NCBI GenBank assembly: GCA_045597865.1
Contig: JAZLKX010000025.1
Location: forward strand, 160,001-224,000
DNA from: Bacilli bacterium
GTDB taxonomy: Bacteria; Bacillota_I; Bacilli_A; RFN20; CAG-826
DNA length: 64,000 nt
Direction: 5' to 3'
Below the pieces are notes generated by a model that did no database searches, was not told where the DNA came from, and worked only from the letters and a program-made list of their open reading frames with translations. Of the stretch, positions 9,441-20,076 are shown piece after piece. The position numbers were made by a program, and so were the translations under genes. Each line of letters opens with the position of its first letter. Position 1 is the stretch's first letter.

Positions 9441-10337
9441 ATGAAAAAGAGATTAATTTTAGGAATGCCATTATATGGATTCATCATTGTTGTAGGATTA
9501 TGCCTAATTGGCATTATTGTTGGATCGGTCTGTGATTTCCAAATTAATAGTGCAATTTATAATAAGACCGAGTTTGGAGCATTTTTTGCTACATATGGTT
9601 CTTACTTTTCTTATTGTCTTTATCCTGCAGCTGGTATGTGTATTTTCAAAGGGCTTAAAAAGAAAAATCAAAGTTTCCTTGCTTGGACATTATTGGTAGT
9701 TTCTTATTTCCTTGCAGTTTATTACTCAAATAGTTATAACGGCGCTAAAGTCAGAGAATTATTCCATTATGATGTTGAAAATCCAAATGTTTTAATTTCT
9801 TTATCTGCTTATTTATTCTGGGTAGTTCTTTATGCTTGGGTTCCTGCAGTTTTCTATTTTATTCTTGATGATTCTGATTCAAGAACATTAATTTTTGTTG
9901 GTATTATTATCTTGCTTGCTGGTGTTGTTAGCGATTGTGTTAACCTTTGGTTAAAACAAGTCGCATCAAGACCACGTTTTAAATATTTAATTACATTAGA
10001 AAAACCAATCGATTCATTTAGGAATTGGTGGGAGATGAAGCCATATTTAGCTGGTAGCAATGATAACTTTAAGAGTTGGCCAAGCGGAAATATGACAATT
10101 GCTACAATGATGATGACTCTTCCATTATTGTTGCGCAATTTAAAATGGAAAAATAAATATCTTCCTTTAATAGGTTATTGTGTCGGTTTACTTTTTGTAA
10201 TTCTTTATGGTTACAATCGTATGCACATGGGAAACCACTTTTTAAGTGATGTTTGTTTTGGAGTACTTATTACTTATTTGATTCATTCAATCATTGATTT
10301 TGCATTCTTTTACAAAAATGAAATTGAGAAAAATTAA
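9441..10337 (+). CDS. PAP2-family membrane phosphatase
   Basis: K...SRPR, SWPSG, RMHMGNHFLSDV motifs; several TM helices; usual SGH reads SGN. Confidence 0.75.
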   Translation: MKKRLILGMPLYGFIIVVGLCLIGIIVGSVCDFQINSAIYNKTEFGAFFATYGSYFSYCLYPAAGMCIFKGLKKKNQSFLAWTLLVVSYFLAVYYSNSYNGAKVRELFHYDVENPNVLISLSAYLFWVVLYAWVPAVFYFILDDSDSRTLIFVGIIILLAGVVSDCVNLWLKQVASRPRFKYLITLEKPIDSFRNWWEMKPYLAGSNDNFKSWPSGNMTIATMMMTLPLLLRNLKWKNKYLPLIGYCVGLLFVILYGYNRMHMGNHFLSDVCFGVLITYLIHSIIDFAFFYKNEIEKN

Positions 10338-10746
10338 TTTATTATTAGCCCTTGCTCCTGCCTTATTTTCAGGGTGTTCAAACAATGGAAAAGACGTTAT
10401 TAAATTTAACGATATTTTTGATTTTGTTAGCGAAATAAAAGTTGATAAAATTCAAACTATTTTTGTGACTAAAGGATACATCGGTGTTGCACCAGATATT
10501 GAGCCTTTTTATAAAAAATCCACAGAAAATCCCCAAGATTTTGAAAAATTTGTATCTTGGATTAATGATTCAATTTTGTCAGAAACGTCATATGATTTAG
10601 TGGGTGGAAGTTATACTGAAATTGACTTCGAATTAGTGAATGATTCTGATATAAAAATAAGGATCAATAACAACACAGTTTGTGATGATAAAAATGGTGA
10701 TTTAAAATTCTACAAATTCGATTTAAATATTCCAGAAATACAATAA
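10318..10746 (+). CDS. Hypothetical lipoprotein
   Basis: Signal peptide with FSGC lipobox. Confidence 0.65.
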   Translation: MKLRKINLLLALAPALFSGCSNNGKDVIKFNDIFDFVSEIKVDKIQTIFVTKGYIGVAPDIEPFYKKSTENPQDFEKFVSWINDSILSETSYDLVGGSYTEIDFELVNDSDIKIRINNNTVCDDKNGDLKFYKFDLNIPEIQ

Positions 10747-10810
10747 ATAGCATGAGTCGTTGAGATTAATCTCTACGACTTTTATTTATATTTTGCTAAA
10801 ATAATAAAGT

Positions 10811-11425
10811 ATGACCGAGAAACAAAGAAAGAGTATTAAAGCATTTCATACCGTTGCTATAGGTGAAATTCTTGCCTGTTTTGGCTTATTAGTAGAATTA
10901 GGTTTTTTAACTCCATGGCTTAATTTTGCTGCCCTAGTTGCACTTGTTGGAATTGTTGTTATGCTTGTTGGAGTTATAAAGCTTCGCAAAACCAATAAAT
11001 TTTTTGTTATTTCTTTTATTGCTGTTCTTTCTACTTTAGTAGTTTCACTTGCGTTTGGAGTAGTGGATGCAGTTTTGCAAGCCAATAATCTTACAGAAAG
11101 CAAAGATACAATAAACACTATTCAACAAATTATTTCTAAAGTAATTTCATTTGTTTATACTTTTGGTCTTGTTAGAGGTTGTGCTTTAGCAGCAACAGGA
11201 AAATCAAAATCAAAGTTTGGCACGCACATGATTCTTGTTAATGGTGGCGGTAAAGTTATTTCTATTGCTCTTAGTATTATCAGTGGAATGTTCCTTGAAG
11301 GTAATCCAGTTGCAAGTGGAGTTTTATCAATTGTTTCTACAGTTATTTCAGTTATTGTTGAACTTTACTTCTGTGTCTTCTTATATAGAACATATTTAAA
11401 AGCTAAAGCGAAATATTCTGATTAA
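10811..11425 (+). CDS. Hypothetical membrane protein (about 6 TM)
   Basis: Hydrophobic ORF, 204 aa. Confidence 0.7.
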   Translation: MTEKQRKSIKAFHTVAIGEILACFGLLVELGFLTPWLNFAALVALVGIVVMLVGVIKLRKTNKFFVISFIAVLSTLVVSLAFGVVDAVLQANNLTESKDTINTIQQIISKVISFVYTFGLVRGCALAATGKSKSKFGTHMILVNGGGKVISIALSIISGMFLEGNPVASGVLSIVSTVISVIVELYFCVFLYRTYLKAKAKYSD

Positions 11426-11541
11426 TACAGGTTTACCTGTATTTTAATTAAAAAAGAGCACTTCTGTTGCTCTTTTAATTTATTAATTATTGTTTTATAA
11501 TTTATATAGAGATTGTTTATAAAATAAGGAGACACTATATT

Positions 11542-14277
11542 ATGAACAAAAGATTATTATCATTACTTACTCTTCCTTTGATTTTTTCATTGGGAGGATG
11601 TGGCGAAAAACCTCATGAACATACATTTTCAGAAGATTGGTCTCACAACGAAACATCACATTGGCATGCCGCTACATGTGAACACAGTGATTTAAAAGCA
11701 AATGAAGCAGATCATACTGGTGGTGAAGCAACATATACACACGGCAAGATTTGTGATGTCTGTGGATTTGAATACACTGCTCCAAAAGAAAAAGACGTTG
11801 ATTTAATTGGAAAGCTTTACTATTACAATGGTAAAAGTAGTGAACTAATCTTTGATAGAGACACAACCGAAAACGATTTTAATAATGTTTTTGGACAATT
11901 TTATCAATCATTTACTCAAGTCAAATTAAGTGTTGCAGAAATTCTTTCTTCTTACAAAGTAGCAAAACATGAATTTAAAGTATTAAATGAAGATCAAACA
12001 AAGTTTGAAGATGAAGAAACTGAAAAGGTTAGACTCTTTGGAGGCAAAGAAATTAAAACCTATGGAGTTAACGTTAAAGACGAATATAAACTTTGTGAAT
12101 TTGGTTTCGATCCAGACAAAGAAGATGTCTACCATTTCTATAGTGAAAACCTTGAAAAACCAGGAGAAGTTGAAATCTTTAAGCTTGTTGATAAAGACTT
12201 CCTTTCAGGACACACTAAGAATGCAACAGTTTATGATGATGGATTTACATTAGAAAATAACGAAGTTAAATTCACATTTGTTATTCAACTTACTCTTGAA
12301 GATGTTATTTATAAAGCCTCATTTAATATGTATCTTGCAAGCGAAGAAAAGCAGGAGGTTAGAATTACTAAACAACCAGAAGATGTTGAAATCTGTGCAC
12401 CAGATGGATTTAAATTTGAAGTTCAAGTTGATCACCCAGAACTTGTTAGAGGTTACCAATGGTACGGCGGTGGTTTTAATGAAGCAGGTGAACCTGCATC
12501 ATTCTCTCCAATTCTTGGTACAGCAGCAAAGAAAGCTGTTTTTGAAGTTCCAAACACAGGCTCCAAAACTGGCCGACAAGCATATAAATGCTTAATTACA
12601 ACTGATGACTCCCAATTCTTCTCTGATGTTGGTGTTTTAAATATTAGTGAATCATTAGATGAAGTTCCAGCATTCATGGTTCTTGATTATGCGGTTAGAC
12701 CAGGTTCATCCTTAAACCTTGAAGACACTCCATATGGAACAGGCGAAATCAGATACAGTGGCAGTGGTAACGAAATTGCATTTGATAATGTACATTTCAA
12801 TAATGCTAACATTGAATCTGCTCTTGAAAATATCGCATTTGATTTAACTTCATGGAATAACATTGTTAAAAATGTTAACATCAAGTTTATCGGCACAAAC
12901 ATTATTAATAATGTTTATTGGGAAGAAGATCATAACCAAGGTGGTTTTGGATTCTTCATGCACTATGGTGGACAATCATTTATCCCAACAATTACATTTA
13001 CTGGTGATCCAGTCACAATTATTGGTGGCACAAGAGCTATTTCAGTTAATGCTCATTTAGTAATTGAAAACGAAGTTAACTGTGTCGGAATTCCTCATAG
13101 ATTAACCCATGGAATTTATGCATATGATATTACTGTAAAATCAGGCGCTGCAATCACCGGAAACATTGGTGGTTCAATCTTATACACAACTCATGCAGAA
13201 GCAAATGTGTGGGGCGATATCAAAATTGAAGAAGGTGCCAGAGTTGATGCAATTATTAATCCAGGACATGTTAGCGAAGGCGACACCCAATTATTCGGAA
13301 TGCTTGCCATCAATGATTTAATTATTGATGGTGCAGAAGTTAATATGACAATCTCACCAGATTACGAATATTTCCGTTCTTCAGACCATGCAATAGCACC
13401 AATTATTGGAATGTATTCTCAAGAACATTTAATCAAGATTACAAAATCAAATGTTAATATCAATGCTATTTGTCAAAATGTTCCTTCTGAAGGTGATATT
13501 TTCCCTCTTGTTGCTTGCGCTGAAGGCATTTCTGCTCCAAACATTCAAATTTTAGATAATTCAAATATCAATGTGTACATTGATTCTAAAGCATTTAACC
13601 AAGTTTGTGGCATTTATGGCATTGTCATTAATCTCTTTAATAGTGACGTTGATGTTCATGCTCATGGTGCTTACTTTGTTAGCGGAATTAATGCTGTTTT
13701 AAAAAGAACAATTCAAGTAAATAATCTTGAAGAACAATACATTGGCAAATGTTATGGTACTGATCATTTTGATTATGCAAATCCATTAACCGCAAGTTTT
13801 GAAGAAATTGGTTCTCAAGCTGAAGGAATTTTAATGGATCCAGGAGATTTTGTTTCAACCATCAAAATCAACGAAGGCAGAACTAGAGTCTACGCAAAAG
13901 CAGACACATTTATTACAGGTGAACCAAGCAATATTCCAACTTATGTTGATGCTGGAATGAGAGCTAAAGACTTTAAGATTACTTTAAATGGAGCAAGCTC
14001 CATTGAAGTTGATACCGAAGGAATGGCAGCAATCGTTCTTACTTATGATCATATTCAAGACTATCGTGAACCAGTTGCAGATTATGAATCAGTTTATCTT
14101 GAACAAATTCTTGATGTATTTGCATCTGATGTAACTTATTACGTAAATCAAGGTTCTTATGAATCGTACTCAGAATTTGAAGAACCAAAACATTTCTACG
14201 TTGCATATGAGTCATTGTTCTCTGATAACTCTGGCGAAACTTTCTTAGAACACATTAAGTTATCTCACAAGAATTAA
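11542..14277 (+). CDS. Large surface lipoprotein with N-terminal His/Cys module, Ig-like domain and probable beta-helix region
   Basis: Lipobox LGGC; HEHTF..W.H....HWH.ATCEH...CDVCG; ITKQP..YQWY..YKC Ig pattern; repetitive beta-rich C-terminal half. Confidence 0.7.
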   Translation: MNKRLLSLLTLPLIFSLGGCGEKPHEHTFSEDWSHNETSHWHAATCEHSDLKANEADHTGGEATYTHGKICDVCGFEYTAPKEKDVDLIGKLYYYNGKSSELIFDRDTTENDFNNVFGQFYQSFTQVKLSVAEILSSYKVAKHEFKVLNEDQTKFEDEETEKVRLFGGKEIKTYGVNVKDEYKLCEFGFDPDKEDVYHFYSENLEKPGEVEIFKLVDKDFLSGHTKNATVYDDGFTLENNEVKFTFVIQLTLEDVIYKASFNMYLASEEKQEVRITKQPEDVEICAPDGFKFEVQVDHPELVRGYQWYGGGFNEAGEPASFSPILGTAAKKAVFEVPNTGSKTGRQAYKCLITTDDSQFFSDVGVLNISESLDEVPAFMVLDYAVRPGSSLNLEDTPYGTGEIRYSGSGNEIAFDNVHFNNANIESALENIAFDLTSWNNIVKNVNIKFIGTNIINNVYWEEDHNQGGFGFFMHYGGQSFIPTITFTGDPVTIIGGTRAISVNAHLVIENEVNCVGIPHRLTHGIYAYDITVKSGAAITGNIGGSILYTTHAEANVWGDIKIEEGARVDAIINPGHVSEGDTQLFGMLAINDLIIDGAEVNMTISPDYEYFRSSDHAIAPIIGMYSQEHLIKITKSNVNINAICQNVPSEGDIFPLVACAEGISAPNIQILDNSNINVYIDSKAFNQVCGIYGIVINLFNSDVDVHAHGAYFVSGINAVLKRTIQVNNLEEQYIGKCYGTDHFDYANPLTASFEEIGSQAEGILMDPGDFVSTIKINEGRTRVYAKADTFITGEPSNIPTYVDAGMRAKDFKITLNGASSIEVDTEGMAAIVLTYDHIQDYREPVADYESVYLEQILDVFASDVTYYVNQGSYESYSEFEEPKHFYVAYESLFSDNSGETFLEHIKLSHKN

Positions 14278-14288
14278 AGGAGAAAATT

Positions 14289-15380
14289 ATGGCTAAACAA
14301 AAGAAGCTAACAAAGAAAGTTCAACGCCAATTAGACTTATTGTCTAAATACTACGAAATTGATAGCGAAAATCGTTTGATTAATATTGAACTCCATTACG
14401 AAAAGGCAAGTGAACTTTTTGAAATGGATGTAGTCACCAAAGGTACTCCTAAATTTAAAAGAGAAATCTTAGCAAGAATATCAGAACTCTTAGAGTCTGT
14501 TCCAGAAGGCTACAAAGTAGATTTCTCCATTAAAGTTGATGATTATGAAGGAGTTAAAGTTAATAACATTTTAGAGTCATTTAAAGATCAACTTGAGATG
14601 TTTAATTTCCAAATTTACAAAGTAAAATCTGGAAGAATGCTCACTGCAGTCATCTTAGCTCTTGTTTCAGTTGGCATTCTTTTTGTAAGACAATTCTTAC
14701 TTAATCAAGAAATACTTGATGACTCTATATTGCTCACTGAAATGCTTGATATTACCGCGTGGGTTTTCCTTTGGGAAGGTGTTTCAACTCTCTTCCTCAG
14801 AAGTGATGAATATAGAGATGTTTCATTTAGAATTATTGACCATATTAAATCCTTTGCTTTAATTGATAAGTCAAATAAAGTAGTCGCAAGGATGGACAAG
14901 GAACAAATTAAAAAGGATTGGGTTAACGTTTCTCGTAGAGAAAAGAACGCAAGAAAGATGCTTCTTATTGCAGGCGCACTATCCTTTGCATCAGGCGTTG
15001 TAACAATTTTTGATATGATTCCAGAATTCTTTGCAGAGCAAACAAATTATTTAACATTTATGATTTCTGCAGTTGCTCAAATTGTGGTTGGTGTTATCGG
15101 AATTATTGGTGGTATTGGTGCTTGTTCACTTTATTGTGAATCTGGTAAATTCCAAAAAGCTGTTCCAGTTGTTTCCTACATTTATTTAATCTTAGATCTT
15201 GCTGTTGCAGGCATTGTTGGCTATGCAATTGCAAGTGAAGGTTTAAATGCTAAAGACATAATCGCTGTGTCTATTGCAGTTGCAATTTCTTTAGGCGCTT
15301 CAATTTTGTATTTTGTCTCTTATATGTTGCTAGTAAAAGCGGGCAAAGAAAACGGTGACGAGGACGTCTATAAATTATAG
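14289..15380 (+). CDS. Hypothetical membrane protein
   Basis: Soluble N-terminus followed by about 6 TM segments; AGGAG RBS. Confidence 0.7.
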   Translation: MAKQKKLTKKVQRQLDLLSKYYEIDSENRLINIELHYEKASELFEMDVVTKGTPKFKREILARISELLESVPEGYKVDFSIKVDDYEGVKVNNILESFKDQLEMFNFQIYKVKSGRMLTAVILALVSVGILFVRQFLLNQEILDDSILLTEMLDITAWVFLWEGVSTLFLRSDEYRDVSFRIIDHIKSFALIDKSNKVVARMDKEQIKKDWVNVSRREKNARKMLLIAGALSFASGVVTIFDMIPEFFAEQTNYLTFMISAVAQIVVGVIGIIGGIGACSLYCESGKFQKAVPVVSYIYLILDLAVAGIVGYAIASEGLNAKDIIAVSIAVAISLGASILYFVSYMLLVKAGKENGDEDVYKL

Positions 15381-15396
15381 ACTTTAATCTTTGATT

Positions 15397-15425
15397 AAAA
15401 AAGACGCTTATTCAGCGTCTTTTTT
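15397..15425. terminator. Bidirectional terminator
   Basis: AAAAAAGACGCT-TATTC-AGCGTCTTTTTT between convergent genes. Confidence 0.75.
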
Positions 15426-15932
15426 ATTTTCTTCACTAGCTTTCTTTGCTTCTAATTCGGCTTTCTTTTTTGCTTCATTAGCTTCGTCTTCAGCAATTGC
15501 TTTTTTGATGTCTTCTACGTAACCTGGAACTGGTTTGAAGTAGTGGTAAATTCCTTGGAACATGTAGACACAAGCAACGTAGATGAGCGCAGCGCCTAAC
15601 ATTATATTTGTTGTTGCGCCATCTGGATTTTTAACAAGGCAGATTATATCGTATGTGATCATGTAGAATGCTAAGACAAGAATTGCGATTTTATCTGGAA
15701 GGAAGTTTCTTGCTCTTCTTCTCTTTGAGAAGCAGAACCAGATAAAGTCACCAATTCCAAAACCACATCCAGCAAGAGTAATGTAGTTAAAAATTAGTCT
15801 TCTTTTTTCGTCATAACCAATGACTTGAGTCATTTTTAAAATACCTAAAACAAGGAACACAATTGAAAATATAATTAATTCAATTGAGTATGCAAGGTAC
15901 GATTTTTGTTCAGCACTTAGTTTCTTTTTCAT
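15408..15932 (-). CDS. Hypothetical membrane protein (4 TM, charged tail)
   Basis: Hydrophobic ORF with lysine/glutamate-rich C-terminus. Confidence 0.7.
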   Translation of the reverse strand: MKKKLSAEQKSYLAYSIELIIFSIVFLVLGILKMTQVIGYDEKRRLIFNYITLAGCGFGIGDFIWFCFSKRRRARNFLPDKIAILVLAFYMITYDIICLVKNPDGATTNIMLGAALIYVACVYMFQGIYHYFKPVPGYVEDIKKAIAEDEANEAKKKAELEAKKASEENKKDAE

Positions 15933-16053
15933 ATGGCTTATATCATATTTGAGAAGACAATAATTCGCAAGGAATTAATTATTTGTGTTATGTATTCAAT
16001 TTTGTATTGTAAAACAATAAAAAATTGATATAATATAATTGTGAGGTATTATT

Positions 16054-17082
16054 ATGATTACATTAACTGAAACTACAAGCCCATCCCAACCAGTAATTAT
16101 TGGCATTATTATTGCCTTAGTAGTATTACTGATTTTAAGTGCATATTTCTCACTTACTGAAACTGCATTTACTTCCTTAAACAAGCTCAGAATTGAGAAT
16201 CTTGCTAAAAAATCAAGATCAGCAAGAATGGTTCTTAAACTCTCACAACATTATGAAAGAGTTTTATCAACAATTCTTATTGGTAACAATATTGTAAATA
16301 TTGCTGCTTCAGTTTTAGCAACAGTTTTGTTTGTTAATTATTTGGGAGACATCGGCCCAACAATTGCAACAATAGTGGTCACAATTGTAGTTTTAATTTT
16401 TGGTGAAGTTACTCCAAAATCACTCGCAAAAGAAAGACCAGAATGGTTTGCAAGAGTTGCAGTTTATCCACTTTGTTTCTTCTACATCTTATTTTGGCCA
16501 ATCGGAATGCTTCTAACTGGAATTCAAAAATTAGTGAAAAAGATGTTTCATCTTAAAAAGAAAGAACCAGTTTATACAGAAGAAGAATTCTCCATGCTTG
16601 TTGAAGATATGAATGAAGCGAAAGTTTTAAATGATATCGAAGAAGATATTATCCAAAATACAATTGAATATGGTGATACAAAGGTTGAAGAAATTATGAC
16701 TCCTGCTAAAGAAGTTGATTTTGTCTGGATTAAAGATGATTTTGAAACCATTTGTAAAAAATTTGTTGAAACAAATAGATCAAGAATGGTTGTTTGCAAA
16801 AAGAAAAATCTTAACTCTGCTTGCGGAGTTATACATGGAAAAGACTTATTTGAGCTCATGGTAAAAGGCGATAAGAACATTTCAAAAATCATTATGGATG
16901 AAGATGACATTGTTGTCGTTAAACCTGGTAAGAAAATTTCTAGATGTTTCAAACTTTTACAAAGTAAACATCAACATTTAGCGATCGTTAAAGAAGAAAA
17001 AGAAGTTCTTGGCATTGTTACAATGGAAGACATTTTAGAAGAACTTGTCGGTGAAATCAGAGACGAAAACGATGAGGATTAA
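16054..17082 (+). CDS. CNNM (DUF21)-CBS domain hemolysin/Mg2+-Co2+ efflux family protein
   Basis: SAYFSLTETAF, STILIGNNIVN, IFGEVTPK, GIVTMEDILEELVGEI.DE. Confidence 0.92.
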   Translation: MITLTETTSPSQPVIIGIIIALVVLLILSAYFSLTETAFTSLNKLRIENLAKKSRSARMVLKLSQHYERVLSTILIGNNIVNIAASVLATVLFVNYLGDIGPTIATIVVTIVVLIFGEVTPKSLAKERPEWFARVAVYPLCFFYILFWPIGMLLTGIQKLVKKMFHLKKKEPVYTEEEFSMLVEDMNEAKVLNDIEEDIIQNTIEYGDTKVEEIMTPAKEVDFVWIKDDFETICKKFVETNRSRMVVCKKKNLNSACGVIHGKDLFELMVKGDKNISKIIMDEDDIVVVKPGKKISRCFKLLQSKHQHLAIVKEEKEVLGIVTMEDILEELVGEIRDENDED

Positions 17083-17118
17083 TTGACTTTTGCTATTCTT
17101 ATAGTATTATTTTCCAGT

Positions 17119-17700
17119 ATGAAAAATACCAACGTTAGAAGAATTACAGGCGTCGCGATATTACTCGCTGTTTTAATCGTTCTTCAAACAATTGGTAATT
17201 ACGTTGCTGTTTTTGGTATTAGCATTAATTTAGCATTAGTTCCTATTGCTGTTGGTGCCATTGTTTATGGTCCACTAGCAGGTGCTTTTTTAGGCTTGTG
17301 CAATGGTGCAATTATTCTTGCGTCTCCATCAACTCAAGCTTTATATTTTCAATATTCTCCTGTAGGAACAGTATTTACTTGCTTACTTAAAGCCACAATT
17401 GCAGGCTTAATCGCAGGACTTATTTTTAAGGCTATGAAAAAGAACCACAGCAAAGCTGGTGGTGTTCTTTCTGCTATTTTGGTTCCAATTATTAACACAG
17501 GTTTATTTGTAACATTTTGTTTCACAATTATGAGAGCAGCAATCGATGCTCAAGCAGCTGGACAAACCGCAATTTCTATTGTTTTTTCTGTTCCAGTATT
17601 TGCAAACTTTGCATTTGAACTTGGATCAATGATTATACTTTCTCCAGCAATTATAAAAATTTACAAAATCATGACGAGGACTGATAAACATGCACTATAA
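17119..17700 (+). CDS. ECF transporter S component
   Basis: A.LLAV..VL..INLALVPIAVGAIVYGP..GA.LG; P.INTGLF; N...E pattern. Confidence 0.8.
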   Translation: MKNTNVRRITGVAILLAVLIVLQTIGNYVAVFGISINLALVPIAVGAIVYGPLAGAFLGLCNGAIILASPSTQALYFQYSPVGTVFTCLLKATIAGLIAGLIFKAMKKNHSKAGGVLSAILVPIINTGLFVTFCFTIMRAAIDAQAAGQTAISIVFSVPVFANFAFELGSMIILSPAIIKIYKIMTRTDKHAL

Positions 17701-17944
17701 ACATAACAACAGAATGACTTGCTCTAGCTCAGTAGAATTTGATATTAATGGTGATATAATCACCAATATCTCATTTTGTGGTGGTTGCAACGGAAACTTA
17801 AAAGCAATCGCAAAACTATGTGAAGGAATGAGTGTCTCTGAAATTGAAGCAAAACTTAAAGGCAATACTTGTGGTCCTAGACCAACTAGTTGTGCAGACC
17901 AATTTGCAATTGCTGTTAGAGAAGCTTACGAGAAAAGTAAATAA
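17690..17944 (+). CDS. TIGR03905-family TSCPD domain protein
   Basis: FCGGCNGNLKAIAKL.EG....KLKG.TCG..PTSCADQ. Confidence 0.9.
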   Translation: MHYKHNNRMTCSSSVEFDINGDIITNISFCGGCNGNLKAIAKLCEGMSVSEIEAKLKGNTCGPRPTSCADQFAIAVREAYEKSK

Positions 17945-17955
17945 TACTTTGTATT

Positions 17956-17990
17956 AAAAAAAGAACTTCAAGCGAAGTTCTTTTTCTTTT
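17956..17990. terminator. Bidirectional terminator
   Basis: AAAAAGAACTTC-AAGC-GAAGTTCTTTTT between convergent genes. Confidence 0.75.
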
Positions 17991-18660
17991 ATTTTGTAAC
18001 CTTTGTGAATTCGTTTACTGCGATTGCACCAAGTGAGTTTCCTATCGTTGCAAGTGCTAGGTTAAGAATTAACCACGGGCTTAGATCATTGAGTGCAAAA
18101 GAGAAGTAGAACATATTTGCGACACAGTGATCAAATCCTAAATAAACAAATAATGCAATTGGAATTAATATTCCAATAACTTTTAATACTGGATGTTTGA
18201 ACTTCTTAAAGAAGAAGACAGCGGTGTAGACTAAAACACCACAAAGTAGAGCTCCACCAAGATTAGTGAAGATTCCTTCTGCAGTATTTAATGTAGAAGT
18301 TTTATTTACTGCAATTGCTTTAGCAGTGTTATAAATTGGTTCAACATTTCTAAAGATTAAAAAGCAGATTGAACCAAATAAAACTGCTCCAACAAAGTTG
18401 CCTAAATACATTATTAATAATGTAAGTGGGTACTTTTCTCCTTTTTTGTCTAGAAGGAAGCCAATTTTTCCAGTGAATAAGTTAAATCCAAGGAAGCAGA
18501 CTAAACAAAGACCAACAGGAAATAAAGCACTTCCTAAGAGTTTCCCGATTATGGAAACATCTCCTGAAATGTAGGTTTTAACGATGATGTTTAATAAGCC
18601 TCCTAGCGCAATAGATGCACCAGCGACGATTCCTAATAAAAAGTTCTTCGTTTTACTCAT
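17989..18660 (-). CDS. Formate/nitrite transporter family protein
   Basis: AG..IALG, FPVGL, LFTG, LGNFVG, GFDHCVANMF, TIGN.LG. Confidence 0.9.
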   Translation of the reverse strand: MSKTKNFLLGIVAGASIALGGLLNIIVKTYISGDVSIIGKLLGSALFPVGLCLVCFLGFNLFTGKIGFLLDKKGEKYPLTLLIMYLGNFVGAVLFGSICFLIFRNVEPIYNTAKAIAVNKTSTLNTAEGIFTNLGGALLCGVLVYTAVFFFKKFKHPVLKVIGILIPIALFVYLGFDHCVANMFYFSFALNDLSPWLILNLALATIGNSLGAIAVNEFTKVTK

Positions 18661-18761
18661 ATTGCGTAAAATTATACAAAATTTTACCGAATAATTAAAT
18701 GTTAGTTTGAAATTTTGTTTTTTTATTATATAATAATTTTGAAATTTAAAGGGTTTTTGAT

Positions 18762-19328
18762 ATGAACAATTTACTTAATGAATTAAATGGTTTCTATAAA
18801 GCAATAATCAAGAAACTAAACAACTACAGATTAACATCAATTATTGTCTCTGCAGTTTCTCTTCTTGCAGGACTCCTCTCATTAGGACTCCTCTTCATTT
18901 ATTATTTTGCAGGAGATATTTCAACTCTTACTGAATCAAGACAACCATCATTTGTTTCTTTAGGTGAATCCGGAAGAATCATGGGTATGATTTTCTTCTT
19001 ATTCTGTATCTTTGTTATCATTTGTTCGATTGTAATTATTTACAATTTACTTCCTTACATCTTAAATAAGGAAAAACTTACACCAAAGAAAGCCCCTTTA
19101 ATGATGGCAGTTGTCAATGGTGGATTACAAATTGTTGTAATTGTATTCTCAGTTCTCGCAATTGTTCTTGAAAAGCCAAATACCTATGTTTGGTACATTG
19201 TTACAATTCCATTTAACGTTATTACATGTATTGCAAACTTCCTTTGCATTGTGCCATTCCTTAAATGTGTCTTCTATCAACCTGCTATTGGTTCAAAATT
19301 ATGCGCAAGCAAAGAAGCTGATAAATAA
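18762..19328 (+). CDS. Hypothetical membrane protein (4 TM)
   Basis: Hydrophobic ORF, 188 aa. Confidence 0.7.
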   Translation: MNNLLNELNGFYKAIIKKLNNYRLTSIIVSAVSLLAGLLSLGLLFIYYFAGDISTLTESRQPSFVSLGESGRIMGMIFFLFCIFVIICSIVIIYNLLPYILNKEKLTPKKAPLMMAVVNGGLQIVVIVFSVLAIVLEKPNTYVWYIVTIPFNVITCIANFLCIVPFLKCVFYQPAIGSKLCASKEADK

Positions 19329-19347
19329 TAATATTAATAAAATAAAT

Positions 19348-19385
19348 AAAGAAAAAAGAACTCGCGATGAGTTCTTTTTTCTTTA
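19348..19385. terminator. Bidirectional terminator
   Basis: AAAGAAAAAAGAACTC-GCGAT-GAGTTCTTTTTTCTTT. Confidence 0.75.
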
Positions 19386-19400
19386 TAATTAATAAATTAA

Positions 19401-19835
19401 TTATTCAGCTTTCTTAGCAGTGAAGTCGAGGACTGACATTAATAAACTTAATGCACCAGCGATAATTAATAAGACTGCCATTGCAATAAGTGATCCTGTA
19501 AGTTCCATTGAGATCCAGTGAATGTTTGCATTTGCTGGAGTCATTAAGACTAAGACGCCTGCTCCGATAAACATTAAACCAGTGAGTGGTGCGATAACCT
19601 TACGGGCTTTGATTGGAAGGAAGTTGACAAGCATAAGTGCTGCTGCAACAACGAATAAGAAGAATCCAACAATACCGATAATGTTTTTAACGTCTGCTGC
19701 GTTCCAAACTAATTGATAGTAGTTTCCGGAATTTACATCCATATTTAATGCAGCAGTATTGTTTGCTAAACCGAATGAAATAGAAACAAGGATAATGTTT
19801 ACTAAGTTGATAATTGGAATTAAGAATTTACGCAT
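19401..19835 (-). CDS. Hypothetical membrane protein (4 TM)
   Basis: AGGAG RBS before ATG at 19835 (MRKFLIP...). Confidence 0.7.
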   Translation of the reverse strand: MRKFLIPIINLVNIILVSISFGLANNTAALNMDVNSGNYYQLVWNAADVKNIIGIVGFFLFVVAAALMLVNFLPIKARKVIAPLTGLMFIGAGVLVLMTPANANIHWISMELTGSLIAMAVLLIIAGALSLLMSVLDFTAKKAE

Positions 19836-20014
19836 TGTATTTACGCTCCTTTTACTTATAAAAGCGAGATAAATTATATAGAATGCATTTAGTTTATGCA
19901 AGATATAACGTTAGAAATATTAAAATTTTCTAAAAATATATGTATAAATAATGCAAAAATTAATTTTTGAAAAAGAACTATTGTATTTTACCTAAATACA
20001 TTTATAATGTAATT

Positions 20015-20076
20015 AACCATAAGCGTTGGACGCTATGAAAAGGAAAACGGATTGGTTGCAGCCAATCCGTTTTTTA
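20015..20076 (+). ncRNA. Candidate small RNA of about 60 nt
   Basis: TTGTAT-16-TATAAT promoter (19981-20008), hairpin CATAAGCGT/ACGCTATG, strong terminator AAAACGGATTGG..CCAATCCGTTTTTT. Confidence 0.45.
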
